A DNA stretch of 47,559 nucleotides, taken from Gemmatimonadales bacterium (GTDB taxonomy: Bacteria > Gemmatimonadota > Gemmatimonadetes > Gemmatimonadales > GWC2-71-9). This document shows, piece by piece, positions 9,329 through 18,068 of the stretch. The stretch covers positions 1 through 47,559 of the forward strand of contig DATFVZ010000181.1 in NCBI GenBank assembly GCA_035259785.1, given 5' to 3'. How positions within the stretch are numbered: the first letter of the stretch is position 1; each line of letters starts with the position of its first letter. The position numbers and the translations under genes are program-made. Under the pieces are notes generated by a model. That model had not been told where the DNA came from and searched no databases. It saw only the letters and a program-made list of their open reading frames with translations.

Positions 9329-11683
9329 TCACTGAGCCCCGCCCATGTCGATCTGCCGACGCCGGTGCCGGTACACGAAAAAGATCACGACTGCGAGTAC
9401 GAGTGGTCCGCCGACTGCGAACGGCAGCACGCCGCCGGGATTGAGCTTGGTGTAGGGCGTCACAACCAGATGGATTCCCCCGCTCGCGACGGGCTGGCTG
9501 GTGGCGTCCTTGCTCGTCGGAGCCGGGATGGCAACCATGTACACCATGAAGTTGCCGTCGAGGATGGCGTTGATCCGCCAGTCAATAGTCGAGGACTGCC
9601 CCGCCGCCAGCGGCTCGACGTACTGGGTACGCTGTGGCGACCAATCCTCGGGGTCGACCACTTCGCCGGTCTTGCTGAGGTTGATGATGTTCATCGCCAC
9701 GATCACCGGGGCCGACTGCTCGGCTTGCGTGTTCGTGACCGTCGTCTGGAACAGGATGGTGCCGCCCGCTCTGAGCGTGGAGTCGGTCATGCTGATGGAG
9801 ACCTTGAGGGGGTCGGTTCCCTGAGCGCGCGCGGGAGCGGCGGCAAAAGCGCTGAGCCCGAACGCGATGAGGATCGCGGCGGCGACACTAGCCGCCGGCG
9901 CCATGCGCCGCCTGCGCGGCGCCACTGCGTCGAGGTTCAGAGCCGACCCGACGTACAACACGAGATAGCCGATCATGATGACTCCAAAGACAAAGGGTGC
10001 GAGGGCGTTGGCATAGACCTGCGCTGGATGCGCATTGTTCACGAGGACTTTGGCGAGGAAGTGACGGTACGCGCCAAGCGGGTTCACCGCCTGACCGAGC
10101 AATCCGATGACGCTGCCTTGGGCATTGCCGGGCAACTGCGTCGGCAGGACGAACAACAGGAACAGGGCAATGGCGATTGCCATGCTTGTCTTGTTGCTGT
10201 TCGATCGCCAGCTCACGACCATGCCCAGCGCGGTGAAGCCGGTGAGCCCGATCCCGAACAGGCCGCCCCACAGCACCGCCTGCCCGAAGACTTCGTCACC
10301 TTGGGCGAGCACCTTGAACAAGGGCACGGTGATCAGGAACGTAACCGGCCACATGGAGCAGGCGGCCAGAAACTTGGCCACGACGAGTTGGCGGCGACTG
10401 ATGGGTGTCACCAATAACGCCTCGAGTGTGGCGCGCTCGCGTTCCCCGCTCAGACTGTCAGCTCCGACGATGAGACCCATGAAGACGCCTGCCAACAGTG
10501 CGGCCTTGAGCAGCTCGAACACCATTTCTTTCGGGGGGATCAACCCGACCAGGCTGTAGGAGGCCATCCAGTACGCATAGCCGCCGAGCAGGACCGTGTA
10601 TGCGATCGTGAGGTTGAGCGCCCGACCGCCGATCCACAGATCCTTCATTTCCTTTGTCAGCACGACCCACCACGGTGACGATCCCGACGACGCGTCGACC
10701 GGGCGGGGGCGCATAACGCGTGGCTTAGCCGTTGGGGTCGAAAACGTTTCCGCGACGGCGGGGACGGCCGGCCGTGGCGCGATTTTCTTCGCCGGAGCCG
10801 CCGGCTGCCGCCCCACGCCGAACACCGCCAGGAACGCCCGCAGCCTGGTTGCCGTTTCCGCCTCCATGCTCATGCGTGGACCGAGGTAGCCGAAGAGGAG
10901 CACAAGGGCCAGGACCAGAAAGACCAGGACCGGAATCAACGTGGGCAACATCTGCCGGACGGGCACGTTGAATACCAGTACCTGCGCGAGGAACCCGTGG
11001 ACGGCAGCCATGGGATTGGCCGTCTCGAGTGCGAGGCCCTTGGCGACCTCGGACGCAGTGACGACCTTGGCGCGCCGGAAGGGTTCAGCGGCCATGAGCA
11101 TGGGGAGGTAGAGGCCCAGGCACACGAACATGCTGGCCTTCGTCGCATTGCAGGCGATGCTGACCATCAGTCCGACGGCGGCGAGCATTGGGACCAACAT
11201 CCCGCCCAGCACGACGGCCCAAAGGACTGCCTGTCCGAAAGCGGGATCACCCTTGGCCATCACCTGCCAATAGGGGATCGAGATCGCGAGGGCCAGGGGC
11301 CAGGGCGAACACGCGGCCACCAGTTTGCCGAACAGGATCTGCCGGCGCGTTGCGGGCGATAGCAGAAGTTGCTCGAAGGTTCGACGCTCCCGCTCGCCGC
11401 TGATGCTGTCGGCGGCGATGACCATGGTGATCAGGAGACCGACGGCGAGGGAGGCCTTCACCATCTCCATGATCATCTCCGACACATGCATCATCTTGAC
11501 TTCGACGCTGCTCGCGAGATTGAAGGAGTACCCAGCCAACAGCAACGTGTAGAGCAGGATCAACCAGGGGCCCTTGCCCCCGATCCACAGGTCCCGGAGC
11601 TCGCGGGCGCACACGACCCACCACGCGGGTGCTCCCACCCCTTGTTGTGGAGCCCTGCCGATCGTCTTGATCTGTTCAACCAT
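9329..11683 (-). CDS. ABC-2 family permease, internally duplicated (two permease modules), with a C-terminal extracytoplasmic Ig-like domain and terminal TM anchor
   Basis: 784 aa. Two homologous halves each start with WWVV..E(L/M)(R/K)DLWIGG(K/R) and contain SGERER.T(F/L)E.LL..P..R.Q (NatB-like ABC-2 signature). The last ~190 aa (QGTDPLKVSISMTDSTLRAGGTILFQTTVTNT...) are beta-rich and end in a TM helix plus RHRRRQ. Confidence 0.8.
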   Translation of the reverse strand: MVEQIKTIGRAPQQGVGAPAWWVVCARELRDLWIGGKGPWLILLYTLLLAGYSFNLASSVEVKMMHVSEMIMEMVKASLAVGLLITMVIAADSISGERERRTFEQLLLSPATRRQILFGKLVAACSPWPLALAISIPYWQVMAKGDPAFGQAVLWAVVLGGMLVPMLAAVGLMVSIACNATKASMFVCLGLYLPMLMAAEPFRRAKVVTASEVAKGLALETANPMAAVHGFLAQVLVFNVPVRQMLPTLIPVLVFLVLALVLLFGYLGPRMSMEAETATRLRAFLAVFGVGRQPAAPAKKIAPRPAVPAVAETFSTPTAKPRVMRPRPVDASSGSSPWWVVLTKEMKDLWIGGRALNLTIAYTVLLGGYAYWMASYSLVGLIPPKEMVFELLKAALLAGVFMGLIVGADSLSGERERATLEALLVTPISRRQLVVAKFLAACSMWPVTFLITVPLFKVLAQGDEVFGQAVLWGGLFGIGLTGFTALGMVVSWRSNSNKTSMAIAIALFLLFVLPTQLPGNAQGSVIGLLGQAVNPLGAYRHFLAKVLVNNAHPAQVYANALAPFVFGVIMIGYLVLYVGSALNLDAVAPRRRRMAPAASVAAAILIAFGLSAFAAAPARAQGTDPLKVSISMTDSTLRAGGTILFQTTVTNTQAEQSAPVIVAMNIINLSKTGEVVDPEDWSPQRTQYVEPLAAGQSSTIDWRINAILDGNFMVYMVAIPAPTSKDATSQPVASGGIHLVVTPYTKLNPGGVLPFAVGGPLVLAVVIFFVYRHRRRQIDMGGAQ

Positions 11684-11709
11684 TCTAAACCTCCGAGTGA
11701 GACAGCAGC

Positions 11710-13422
11710 CTAGGCGGCGGCCTTCAGTGCGACCTTCTTCTTCGCTCCAGCGTGCAGCGCAAGCCGCGGAGCCGCGTAGATCAGCAGCAGGGCAAGGACC
11801 AGCACAGGAAATGCCACGGGCGATTTCAACCAGTCCGACCAGTCGTGGAATCGTGCGTTATTGACGACGAGCCTCTCCAGAAGCTGGTCGACGGCCGCCA
11901 ACGGATTCGCGCGCTGAACGAACTTTCCGATGATCCCCTTCTGGGCTTGCCCGCCCAGAAGCGCTGGAAGCAGGAACAGACAGTAGAGTGTCAGGCTGAC
12001 AAACAGGCTCGTGCGGTTCGAGTTGCACCAATAGCTCACCAGCATCGCCAACCCGGTGAAACCCACGACGAGCAGACTCCCGAGGAAAAACGCCCAGTAC
12101 AGCGCCGGACCGACGATCGCGTCGCCCTGGGCGAGCAGTGCGATAAAGGGGAATGACACGGCCAGCGCCAACGGCCAGGGAGACATGGCCGCCAGCAGCT
12201 TTCCGAACACGATCTGGGTGCGACTGACCGGCGACAGCAGGAGCGTTTCGAGTCGTGCCCGTTCACGCGCGCCGCTCAGCGTATCCGCCCCGATGATCAC
12301 ACCCATGAACACGCCTGCATAGACGCTCGTCTGCAGCGTGGTCCACACCATTTCTTTGGGAGGAATCAGGTCCAGTTGGCTGTTACTGACGGCTACGAAC
12401 GACGCGACTGCTACGATGACGACATATGCAAGGAGGAGCATGAGGGCTCGACCGCCGACCCAAAGCTCGTGGAGGTCGCGTGTGGACACGACCCACCAAG
12501 CAAGCCAGCGGGACCGCCATGCAGCCGCTGGACCGACGTTTACGTTTTGCCGGACTCGAGAGGGCTGCGTGGTGGCGAGGCCGCGGACTTCTTTGACGGC
12601 AGCCGGCCGTGGGGACCGTTCACTCCACCGGGACAACAATGCCCCGATGCGGTTCGGTCCCATCACCAGGGGGACACGACGGCTGGCGAACGTGAACAGT
12701 ACTGCCGGCAGGAGGACGGCAAACAGCACGGGCTCGGTCAGCTTGAGCCAGAGGTCCTTTAGCGATGCATTCTCGATGATGGTCGCTTCAAGCACGCGCT
12801 CGCCGGCGACGACGGGATCCACCAATTGCAGCATGTCCGCGCCGCGCGTGCCAGGTGCTGGACCAAGCAGCTCCGGCGGAAGGACGAGCAGCAGGAAGAT
12901 GCCGAGGCTGGCAAGCATGCTGGCGGCGTTGGAGTTGCAGCGCAGACTCACGAGCATCCCCAACGCGACCATGGGAGGGACCATGAGGCTCCCCATCACC
13001 GGGCCCCAGAGAATCGCCTGTGCCAGCACCGGATCGCCCTTGGAGAGCACGACCCAGTAGGGAATGCCGATCGCGAGAACCACCGGCGCCGGAGACAGGG
13101 CCGCGAGGAACTTGCCAAGCACGATCTGCTGGCGACTGGATGGCGTCAGGAGCAGCGACTCGAGCGTGCTCCGTTCGCGCTCCCCGCTGAAGCTGTCTGC
13201 ACTGACGATAAGGCCGATAAACATCCCAACGGCGACGGATGCTTTGACGATCTCCAGCACCGTGAACTTGAGCGGCATGAGCTGCAGCTCGTTGTTCGCG
13301 GCGAACAGGTACACATAAATGCCGAGCAGGATCGTGTAGATGAGGACCAGGTTGAGCGCTTTGCCCCCGACCCACATGTCGCGCAATTCGCGCGTGAACA
13401 CGATCCACCACGTCTGTTTCAT
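11710..13422 (-). CDS. ABC-2 family permease, internally duplicated (two permease modules)
   Basis: 570 aa. The halves begin MKQTWWIVFTRELRDMWVGGKALN and WLAWWVVSTRDLHELWVGGRALM. Each carries SGERERSTLESLLLTP / SGARERARLETLLLSP and about six TM helices. ATGA overlap with the ATPase stop. Confidence 0.8.
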   Translation of the reverse strand: MKQTWWIVFTRELRDMWVGGKALNLVLIYTILLGIYVYLFAANNELQLMPLKFTVLEIVKASVAVGMFIGLIVSADSFSGERERSTLESLLLTPSSRQQIVLGKFLAALSPAPVVLAIGIPYWVVLSKGDPVLAQAILWGPVMGSLMVPPMVALGMLVSLRCNSNAASMLASLGIFLLLVLPPELLGPAPGTRGADMLQLVDPVVAGERVLEATIIENASLKDLWLKLTEPVLFAVLLPAVLFTFASRRVPLVMGPNRIGALLSRWSERSPRPAAVKEVRGLATTQPSRVRQNVNVGPAAAWRSRWLAWWVVSTRDLHELWVGGRALMLLLAYVVIVAVASFVAVSNSQLDLIPPKEMVWTTLQTSVYAGVFMGVIIGADTLSGARERARLETLLLSPVSRTQIVFGKLLAAMSPWPLALAVSFPFIALLAQGDAIVGPALYWAFFLGSLLVVGFTGLAMLVSYWCNSNRTSLFVSLTLYCLFLLPALLGGQAQKGIIGKFVQRANPLAAVDQLLERLVVNNARFHDWSDWLKSPVAFPVLVLALLLIYAAPRLALHAGAKKKVALKAAA

Positions 13423-14381
13423 TTCATCGCCTTCGTGGTGAGGTCGAGGAACACGTCCTGCAGGCGTCCGCTCTGCGGTTCGAAGCCCAGGATCGGGATC
13501 CCGGCCCGAATCAGGGCGTCCAGAATCTTGTTGCTGAGGTGGTCACCATCTCCAGCCACTCCCTCCACTTCAAGCCGTAACCAACCCGGCTGGCCCGTCC
13601 CGCTGACAACCCGCTTGACGGGAGACAACAGTTCCAGTTCGCGCTGCGCGGCCGCCACGGCGGGCACGGGAACGCGGACTCGGATGACGTTTCGCTCGGC
13701 CCTGCCGGTCACGTCGCCGACTGGCCCCTGCGCAACGACTTCACCGGAGCTCAGGATGACCACGTCGTCGCAGACGGCTTCGACTTCGGGCAGCATGTGG
13801 CTGCAGAGGATGATGGCGGCGTTCCGCTCGCGCGCGATTCGCTTGACCAGCTCGTTGAGCTCCTGCTGGCCCTTGGGATCGAGCCCCAGAGTCGGCTCGT
13901 CGAGAAACACGACCGACGGATCGTTGACGAGAGCCCGTGCAATGCCGATGCGTTGGCGCATGCCGTGACTGTAGGATCCGACCAGCGACTTGCCGCGCTG
14001 CCCCAGCCCCACCTCATCCAGCAACTGGAGGCCGTACTCCCGCGCGTCGCGTGCGGTGCGCCCGTAGAGCTGTCCGAAGAACGTCAAGTACTCGATCCCA
14101 GTCATTTGCTTGGGGAGGCCGAAGCTTTCGGGCAGCACCCCGATGACCCGGCGAATTTGCTCCGGGTTCGTATGGGGAATGCCGGCCACCTCGAACCGGC
14201 CGCCGTCCGGCTCCATGATCGTCGTGAGCATGCGGATCGACGTGGTTTTCCCGGCGCCGTTGGGGCCGAGGAAGCCGAGGATGCGACCCGACTTCAATGA
14301 GAAGGACAGGTCGCGTACAGCCAATCGCGGACCGTAGAACTTTTTCAGGTGGTCAGCGACGAGAACGTTTTGCTGGTTCAT
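13419..14381 (-). CDS. ABC transporter ATP-binding protein (ABC-2 exporter type)
   Basis: Walker A GPNGAGKTT, signature YSHGMRQRIGIARAL, Walker B VVFLDEPTLGLD, H-loop CSHML, plus a C-terminal extension. SD GGAAAGGGAG lies upstream. Confidence 0.95.
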   Translation of the reverse strand: MNQQNVLVADHLKKFYGPRLAVRDLSFSLKSGRILGFLGPNGAGKTTSIRMLTTIMEPDGGRFEVAGIPHTNPEQIRRVIGVLPESFGLPKQMTGIEYLTFFGQLYGRTARDAREYGLQLLDEVGLGQRGKSLVGSYSHGMRQRIGIARALVNDPSVVFLDEPTLGLDPKGQQELNELVKRIARERNAAIILCSHMLPEVEAVCDDVVILSSGEVVAQGPVGDVTGRAERNVIRVRVPVPAVAAAQRELELLSPVKRVVSGTGQPGWLRLEVEGVAGDGDHLSNKILDALIRAGIPILGFEPQSGRLQDVFLDLTTKAMK

Positions 14382-14406
14382 GATGCTCCCTTTCCTTCGG
14401 GCGAAT

Positions 14407-17400
14407 TCAAATGGTTCCTGTTGTCAACTGATCCAGATTCTTACTCTTCCCAAATTTCAAATACAGGCTGGGCACGACGAACAGGTTGAGCAGCGTCGAG
14501 GTGACCAGTCCGCCCAGAATCACGATCGCCATCGGGTATTCGATCTCGTGGCCGGGGATGTCGCCGCGTGCTACCAGCGGCACCAGTGCGAGGCCGGTGG
14601 CCAACGCGGTCATCGCGATGGGCGAGAGACGTTCGCGTGCCCCGCGCAACGCCAGCGCCGGACCAAACGATTCGCCTTCCGACCGCTCCAGATGCTGATA
14701 GTGACTGATCAGCATGATTTGGTTGCGGGCGGCGATCCCGAACACCGTGAGGAAGCCGACCAACGAACCGAGCGAGATCACGTCGCCGGTGAAGTACACG
14801 GCGAGCAGACCGCCGACGAGTGCCGAGGGCAGGGTGAGGAAGCCGAGCACCGCCAGGCGTGTGTTCTCGAAGGACGCCAGCAGGATCAAGAACACGCCAA
14901 TCGCTGCGGCAATGGCGAAGCCCAACAAGCGGTCCTGGGCTTCCTCCCGCTCCTTGCCTTCGCCGAGAATGACCGCGTGATATCCCAACGGGAAGTGGAT
15001 TGATTCAAGGTGGTCCTCGACCTGATCCATCACTTTGGTGAGATCGCTGCCCGTCACTTCGGCGCCCACGTCGATCCGACGCGAGTCGTTTTCACGGTAG
15101 ATCACGCTCTGCGCAGGCAAGATCTGTACGGTGGCGACGTCGCCTAAGCGCACCTGGCCGCCATTGGGCGTATCGATCGGCAGATTGCGAACGCTGGTCA
15201 CGCTGTTGCGCGTGGCGGGCGTGCTCCACACGTTCACGTCGTAAGCCTTCCCGTCTCTGAAGATGTCGCCGACTTCTTCGCCGGCCAGCAAGGTGCCCGA
15301 CGCCCGACGCACGTCGCCAGGTTTGAGGCCGTAGCGTTGTGCCGCCGCGAGGTTGACCTTCACCTGTATTTGGGGGACCTCCGACTGGAGCTGCACGTTG
15401 AGATCCGTCATCCCGGGGATCTCACTCAGCGAGTCGCGTACCTCTTCCGCTAAGGCGTGGATGGCCTTGAGATCGGGTCCGTAAATGCGGACGACAAAGG
15501 TCTGGCTGGCCCCTGAGAGCACTTCGTCGATGCGCTCGTTGAGGTACGTCTCCACGTTGTGAAACAGCCCGGGATACCCGTATACCACTTCTTCGACCGC
15601 GCCCAACGTCTCGTCATAGTCCGCTTTCGGGTCGATGCTGATCCAGTTCTCGCCGAAATTGACACCGTTGAGCTCGTCGGCCAGCAGCGCTTGTCCGATG
15701 TGCGACCCAAAATTCCGTACGCCCGGAATCGCTCGCAGCTCACGACTGAGACGCGTCACGATGCGGCGCTCCTCAACCACGGAGCTGCCGGGCTTGGTGA
15801 TCCAGTGAATCAGGAAGTCCCGTTCCTTGAAGTGCGGAAACAGGGACTCGCCGAGGAAGGGCAACACGGCGAAACCGAGTACCATGATGACCCCGGTGGT
15901 CGTGAAGATCGGCAGGGGGCGCTGGACGATCCGTGTCAGAACCGCTTGGTAGCCCCGCTGGAGCCATTGCACCACCGGCTGTCGCTGCTCGGTGATCGGC
16001 GCCTTGGCAAGGAGTAAGAGGCACATGGCGGGCGTGACAGTCAGGGCTACGACCATGGAAGCCAGCACTGCCAAGCCGTACGCCAGCGCCATCGGTTGGA
16101 AGAACGCGCCCGACAACCCCCCGATGAAAAAGACCGGGACTAGGACCACGGCGTCGATCAACGTCGCGTGGACAATCGCCTGGCGCACTTCCAGCGACGC
16201 TTCCAGGATGATGCTCGGAGTCGATTGCGTACCGCCCTGCTGGCGCGAGAGTCGCAGCCGCCGGATGATGTTCTCGACGTCGATGATCGCATCGTCGACG
16301 ACGACCCCGATCGCGATCACGAAGCCGGCAAGAATCATCGTATTGATGGTTGCCCCGCGCAGGTACAGCACCAGCCCACCAGCCATAAGCGACAACGGGA
16401 TCGCCACCATGCTGATGACGGCCGTGCGCCATTGGAACAGGAACAGGGTAAGGACCACCATCACGAGCACGCAGCCGAGGACCAAGGCGCGGGAGAGGTT
16501 TTCGAGCGCGGCCTCGATGAAGTCCGCCGGCCGGAAGATGGTCGGATCCATCTCGATCCCCGGCAGGCCCGGACGCAGCTGGTCGAGCGCCTTCTCCACG
16601 CCGCTGGTGACCTCCAGCGTGTTGGCCCACGGAAACTTTTCCACGACGAGCATCAACCCGGGACCGTCGTTGATGACCGCTTCTCCGAAGAGCGGCCACG
16701 TATCCCACGCCACGTCGGCAACGTTACCAAGGTGCAGCGGCGTGCCATCGCTATTCTTTCGATTGGCGATGGGGACCTGCGCAAGATCCTCCGGCGACGA
16801 GATGGCCAGGACATGGCGGATGCCGAGCCGCTGGTTGGGCGTCTGAAGGAACCCGCCGGTCCCGATCACGGCGCCCTTTGAGAAATACAGGATCCCCACA
16901 TCCAGCGCGTCGGCGGTGACCTCCATGACCTGGTCGAGGGAAACGTGCTGGGCTTGCATTCGCTCGGGATCGACCTGCACCTGCGGCATCTTGATCCGCT
17001 CACCCCAGATCGCGACGTTGGCGACGCCCGGCACGCCCAGCAAACGGGCCCTGATGGTCCAGTAGGCGATCATGGACATGTCCATCAGGGACACGGTTTT
17101 CGACGACACCCCGATCTTCATCACGCGACCGGTCGACGAGACCGGCGGTATGATCACGGGGGGGGCCGCCCAGGTCGGCATAGTGGTGAGAACGGTGGTC
17201 AAGCGTTCCTGGACCAGCTGCCGGGCGCGAACGAGGTCGGTTCCGGGCTTGAACAGCAGCTCGATCGACGACAGGTCGGGGATCGACTTGGAGCGCATGA
17301 GATCGAGCCCCTCCACGCCGTTGAACGCTTGCTCCAGCGGAACGGTGACGAGGCCTTCAACTTCATCCGCCGTCATGCCCAGGGACGGCGTCTGGATCTC

Positions 17401-17541
17401 CACGCGCGGTGGCGCGAACTCCGGGAAGGCATCCACGGAGACCTTGGAGTGCTGCGTCAGACCGTATGCCATCATCGCCGTGGCGAGTGCCAGGACGATG
17501 AACCGAAACCTTAGGCTCGCGCCTACAATCAACCGCATCAT
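14407..17541 (-). CDS. RND efflux permease, type I subunit of module B (RND-3)
   Basis: Track ORF extends to 17610. I prefer ATG-ATG at 17536-17541 ([16 protein letters not shown]). It is the closest paralogue of RND-1. TM4 reads [14 protein letters not shown] and TM10 reads [13 protein letters not shown]. Confidence 0.9.
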   Translation of the reverse strand: MMRLIVGASLRFRFIVLALATAMMAYGLTQHSKVSVDAFPEFAPPRVEIQTPSLGMTADEVEGLVTVPLEQAFNGVEGLDLMRSKSIPDLSSIELLFKPGTDLVRARQLVQERLTTVLTTMPTWAAPPVIIPPVSSTGRVMKIGVSSKTVSLMDMSMIAYWTIRARLLGVPGVANVAIWGERIKMPQVQVDPERMQAQHVSLDQVMEVTADALDVGILYFSKGAVIGTGGFLQTPNQRLGIRHVLAISSPEDLAQVPIANRKNSDGTPLHLGNVADVAWDTWPLFGEAVINDGPGLMLVVEKFPWANTLEVTSGVEKALDQLRPGLPGIEMDPTIFRPADFIEAALENLSRALVLGCVLVMVVLTLFLFQWRTAVISMVAIPLSLMAGGLVLYLRGATINTMILAGFVIAIGVVVDDAIIDVENIIRRLRLSRQQGGTQSTPSIILEASLEVRQAIVHATLIDAVVLVPVFFIGGLSGAFFQPMALAYGLAVLASMVVALTVTPAMCLLLLAKAPITEQRQPVVQWLQRGYQAVLTRIVQRPLPIFTTTGVIMVLGFAVLPFLGESLFPHFKERDFLIHWITKPGSSVVEERRIVTRLSRELRAIPGVRNFGSHIGQALLADELNGVNFGENWISIDPKADYDETLGAVEEVVYGYPGLFHNVETYLNERIDEVLSGASQTFVVRIYGPDLKAIHALAEEVRDSLSEIPGMTDLNVQLQSEVPQIQVKVNLAAAQRYGLKPGDVRRASGTLLAGEEVGDIFRDGKAYDVNVWSTPATRNSVTSVRNLPIDTPNGGQVRLGDVATVQILPAQSVIYRENDSRRIDVGAEVTGSDLTKVMDQVEDHLESIHFPLGYHAVILGEGKEREEAQDRLLGFAIAAAIGVFLILLASFENTRLAVLGFLTLPSALVGGLLAVYFTGDVISLGSLVGFLTVFGIAARNQIMLISHYQHLERSEGESFGPALALRGARERLSPIAMTALATGLALVPLVARGDIPGHEIEYPMAIVILGGLVTSTLLNLFVVPSLYLKFGKSKNLDQLTTGTI

Positions 17542-17563
17542 GGGTCGAGTCTCCGGTGCTGGG

Positions 17564-18013
17564 TTACTCTTCCTCGAACTCTTCTTCGGAGCCGAACAAC
17601 TCTGCCGCACCGACCGTCACCACCGTGGTGCCAAGCCGCGGCGCCATCGAGAGAATCGCGAGGTCCCCGTCGACGTAGTCGATCGTGACCGCAGCCCGAA
17701 CGAACGCGAGCGACTCAGTGCTCGTGTACACCCAGGTGTTGCCTTCCTTGTCATACAGGATCGCTGCGTAGGGCACGACCGTGCGGAGCGTCCCCTTCAC
17801 TTGCATGGACCGCACCGTAGTGGTCTGGATGTCGAGCCGCTGGGCTGCCTCCGCCGTCAGAATCACCCGCTTGAGCTCGCTTCCGTCGATCGCCTCTACC
17901 TTGACAGCGCGGCTTCCCGTTTCCTCGGCTTCGGAAGTCCTTGGCGCACACCCTCCAAGCGGAAGACACGCGACCAACAGGCCCGCCATCACCGACAGTT
18001 GTTTGTAGCTCAC
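17564..18013 (-). CDS. 149-aa lipoprotein, mini periplasmic adaptor (membrane-proximal-domain-only MFP-like), module B
   Basis: Signal peptide with lipobox PLGGC. The sequence RVILTAEAAQRLDIQTTTVRSMQVKGTLRTVVPYAAILYDKEGNTWVY...GDLAILSMAPRLGTTVVTVGAAELFGSE aligns by eye to the N-terminal strand and C-terminal domain of the CusB adaptor in this window. Confidence 0.75.
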   Translation of the reverse strand: MSYKQLSVMAGLLVACLPLGGCAPRTSEAEETGSRAVKVEAIDGSELKRVILTAEAAQRLDIQTTTVRSMQVKGTLRTVVPYAAILYDKEGNTWVYTSTESLAFVRAAVTIDYVDGDLAILSMAPRLGTTVVTVGAAELFGSEEEFEEE

Positions 18014-18068
18014 CGTTCCCCCTGGTCAGACTGGGTCATTGATGCTCCATGCGACGAATGATTATCCC

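Noticed and set aside
4674-18013. Recent segmental duplication (nucleotide-level repeat) of module A and module B
   Set aside because: The two modules are similar only at the protein level. By eye the nucleotide sequences are too diverged to be a recent repeat or an assembly artefact.
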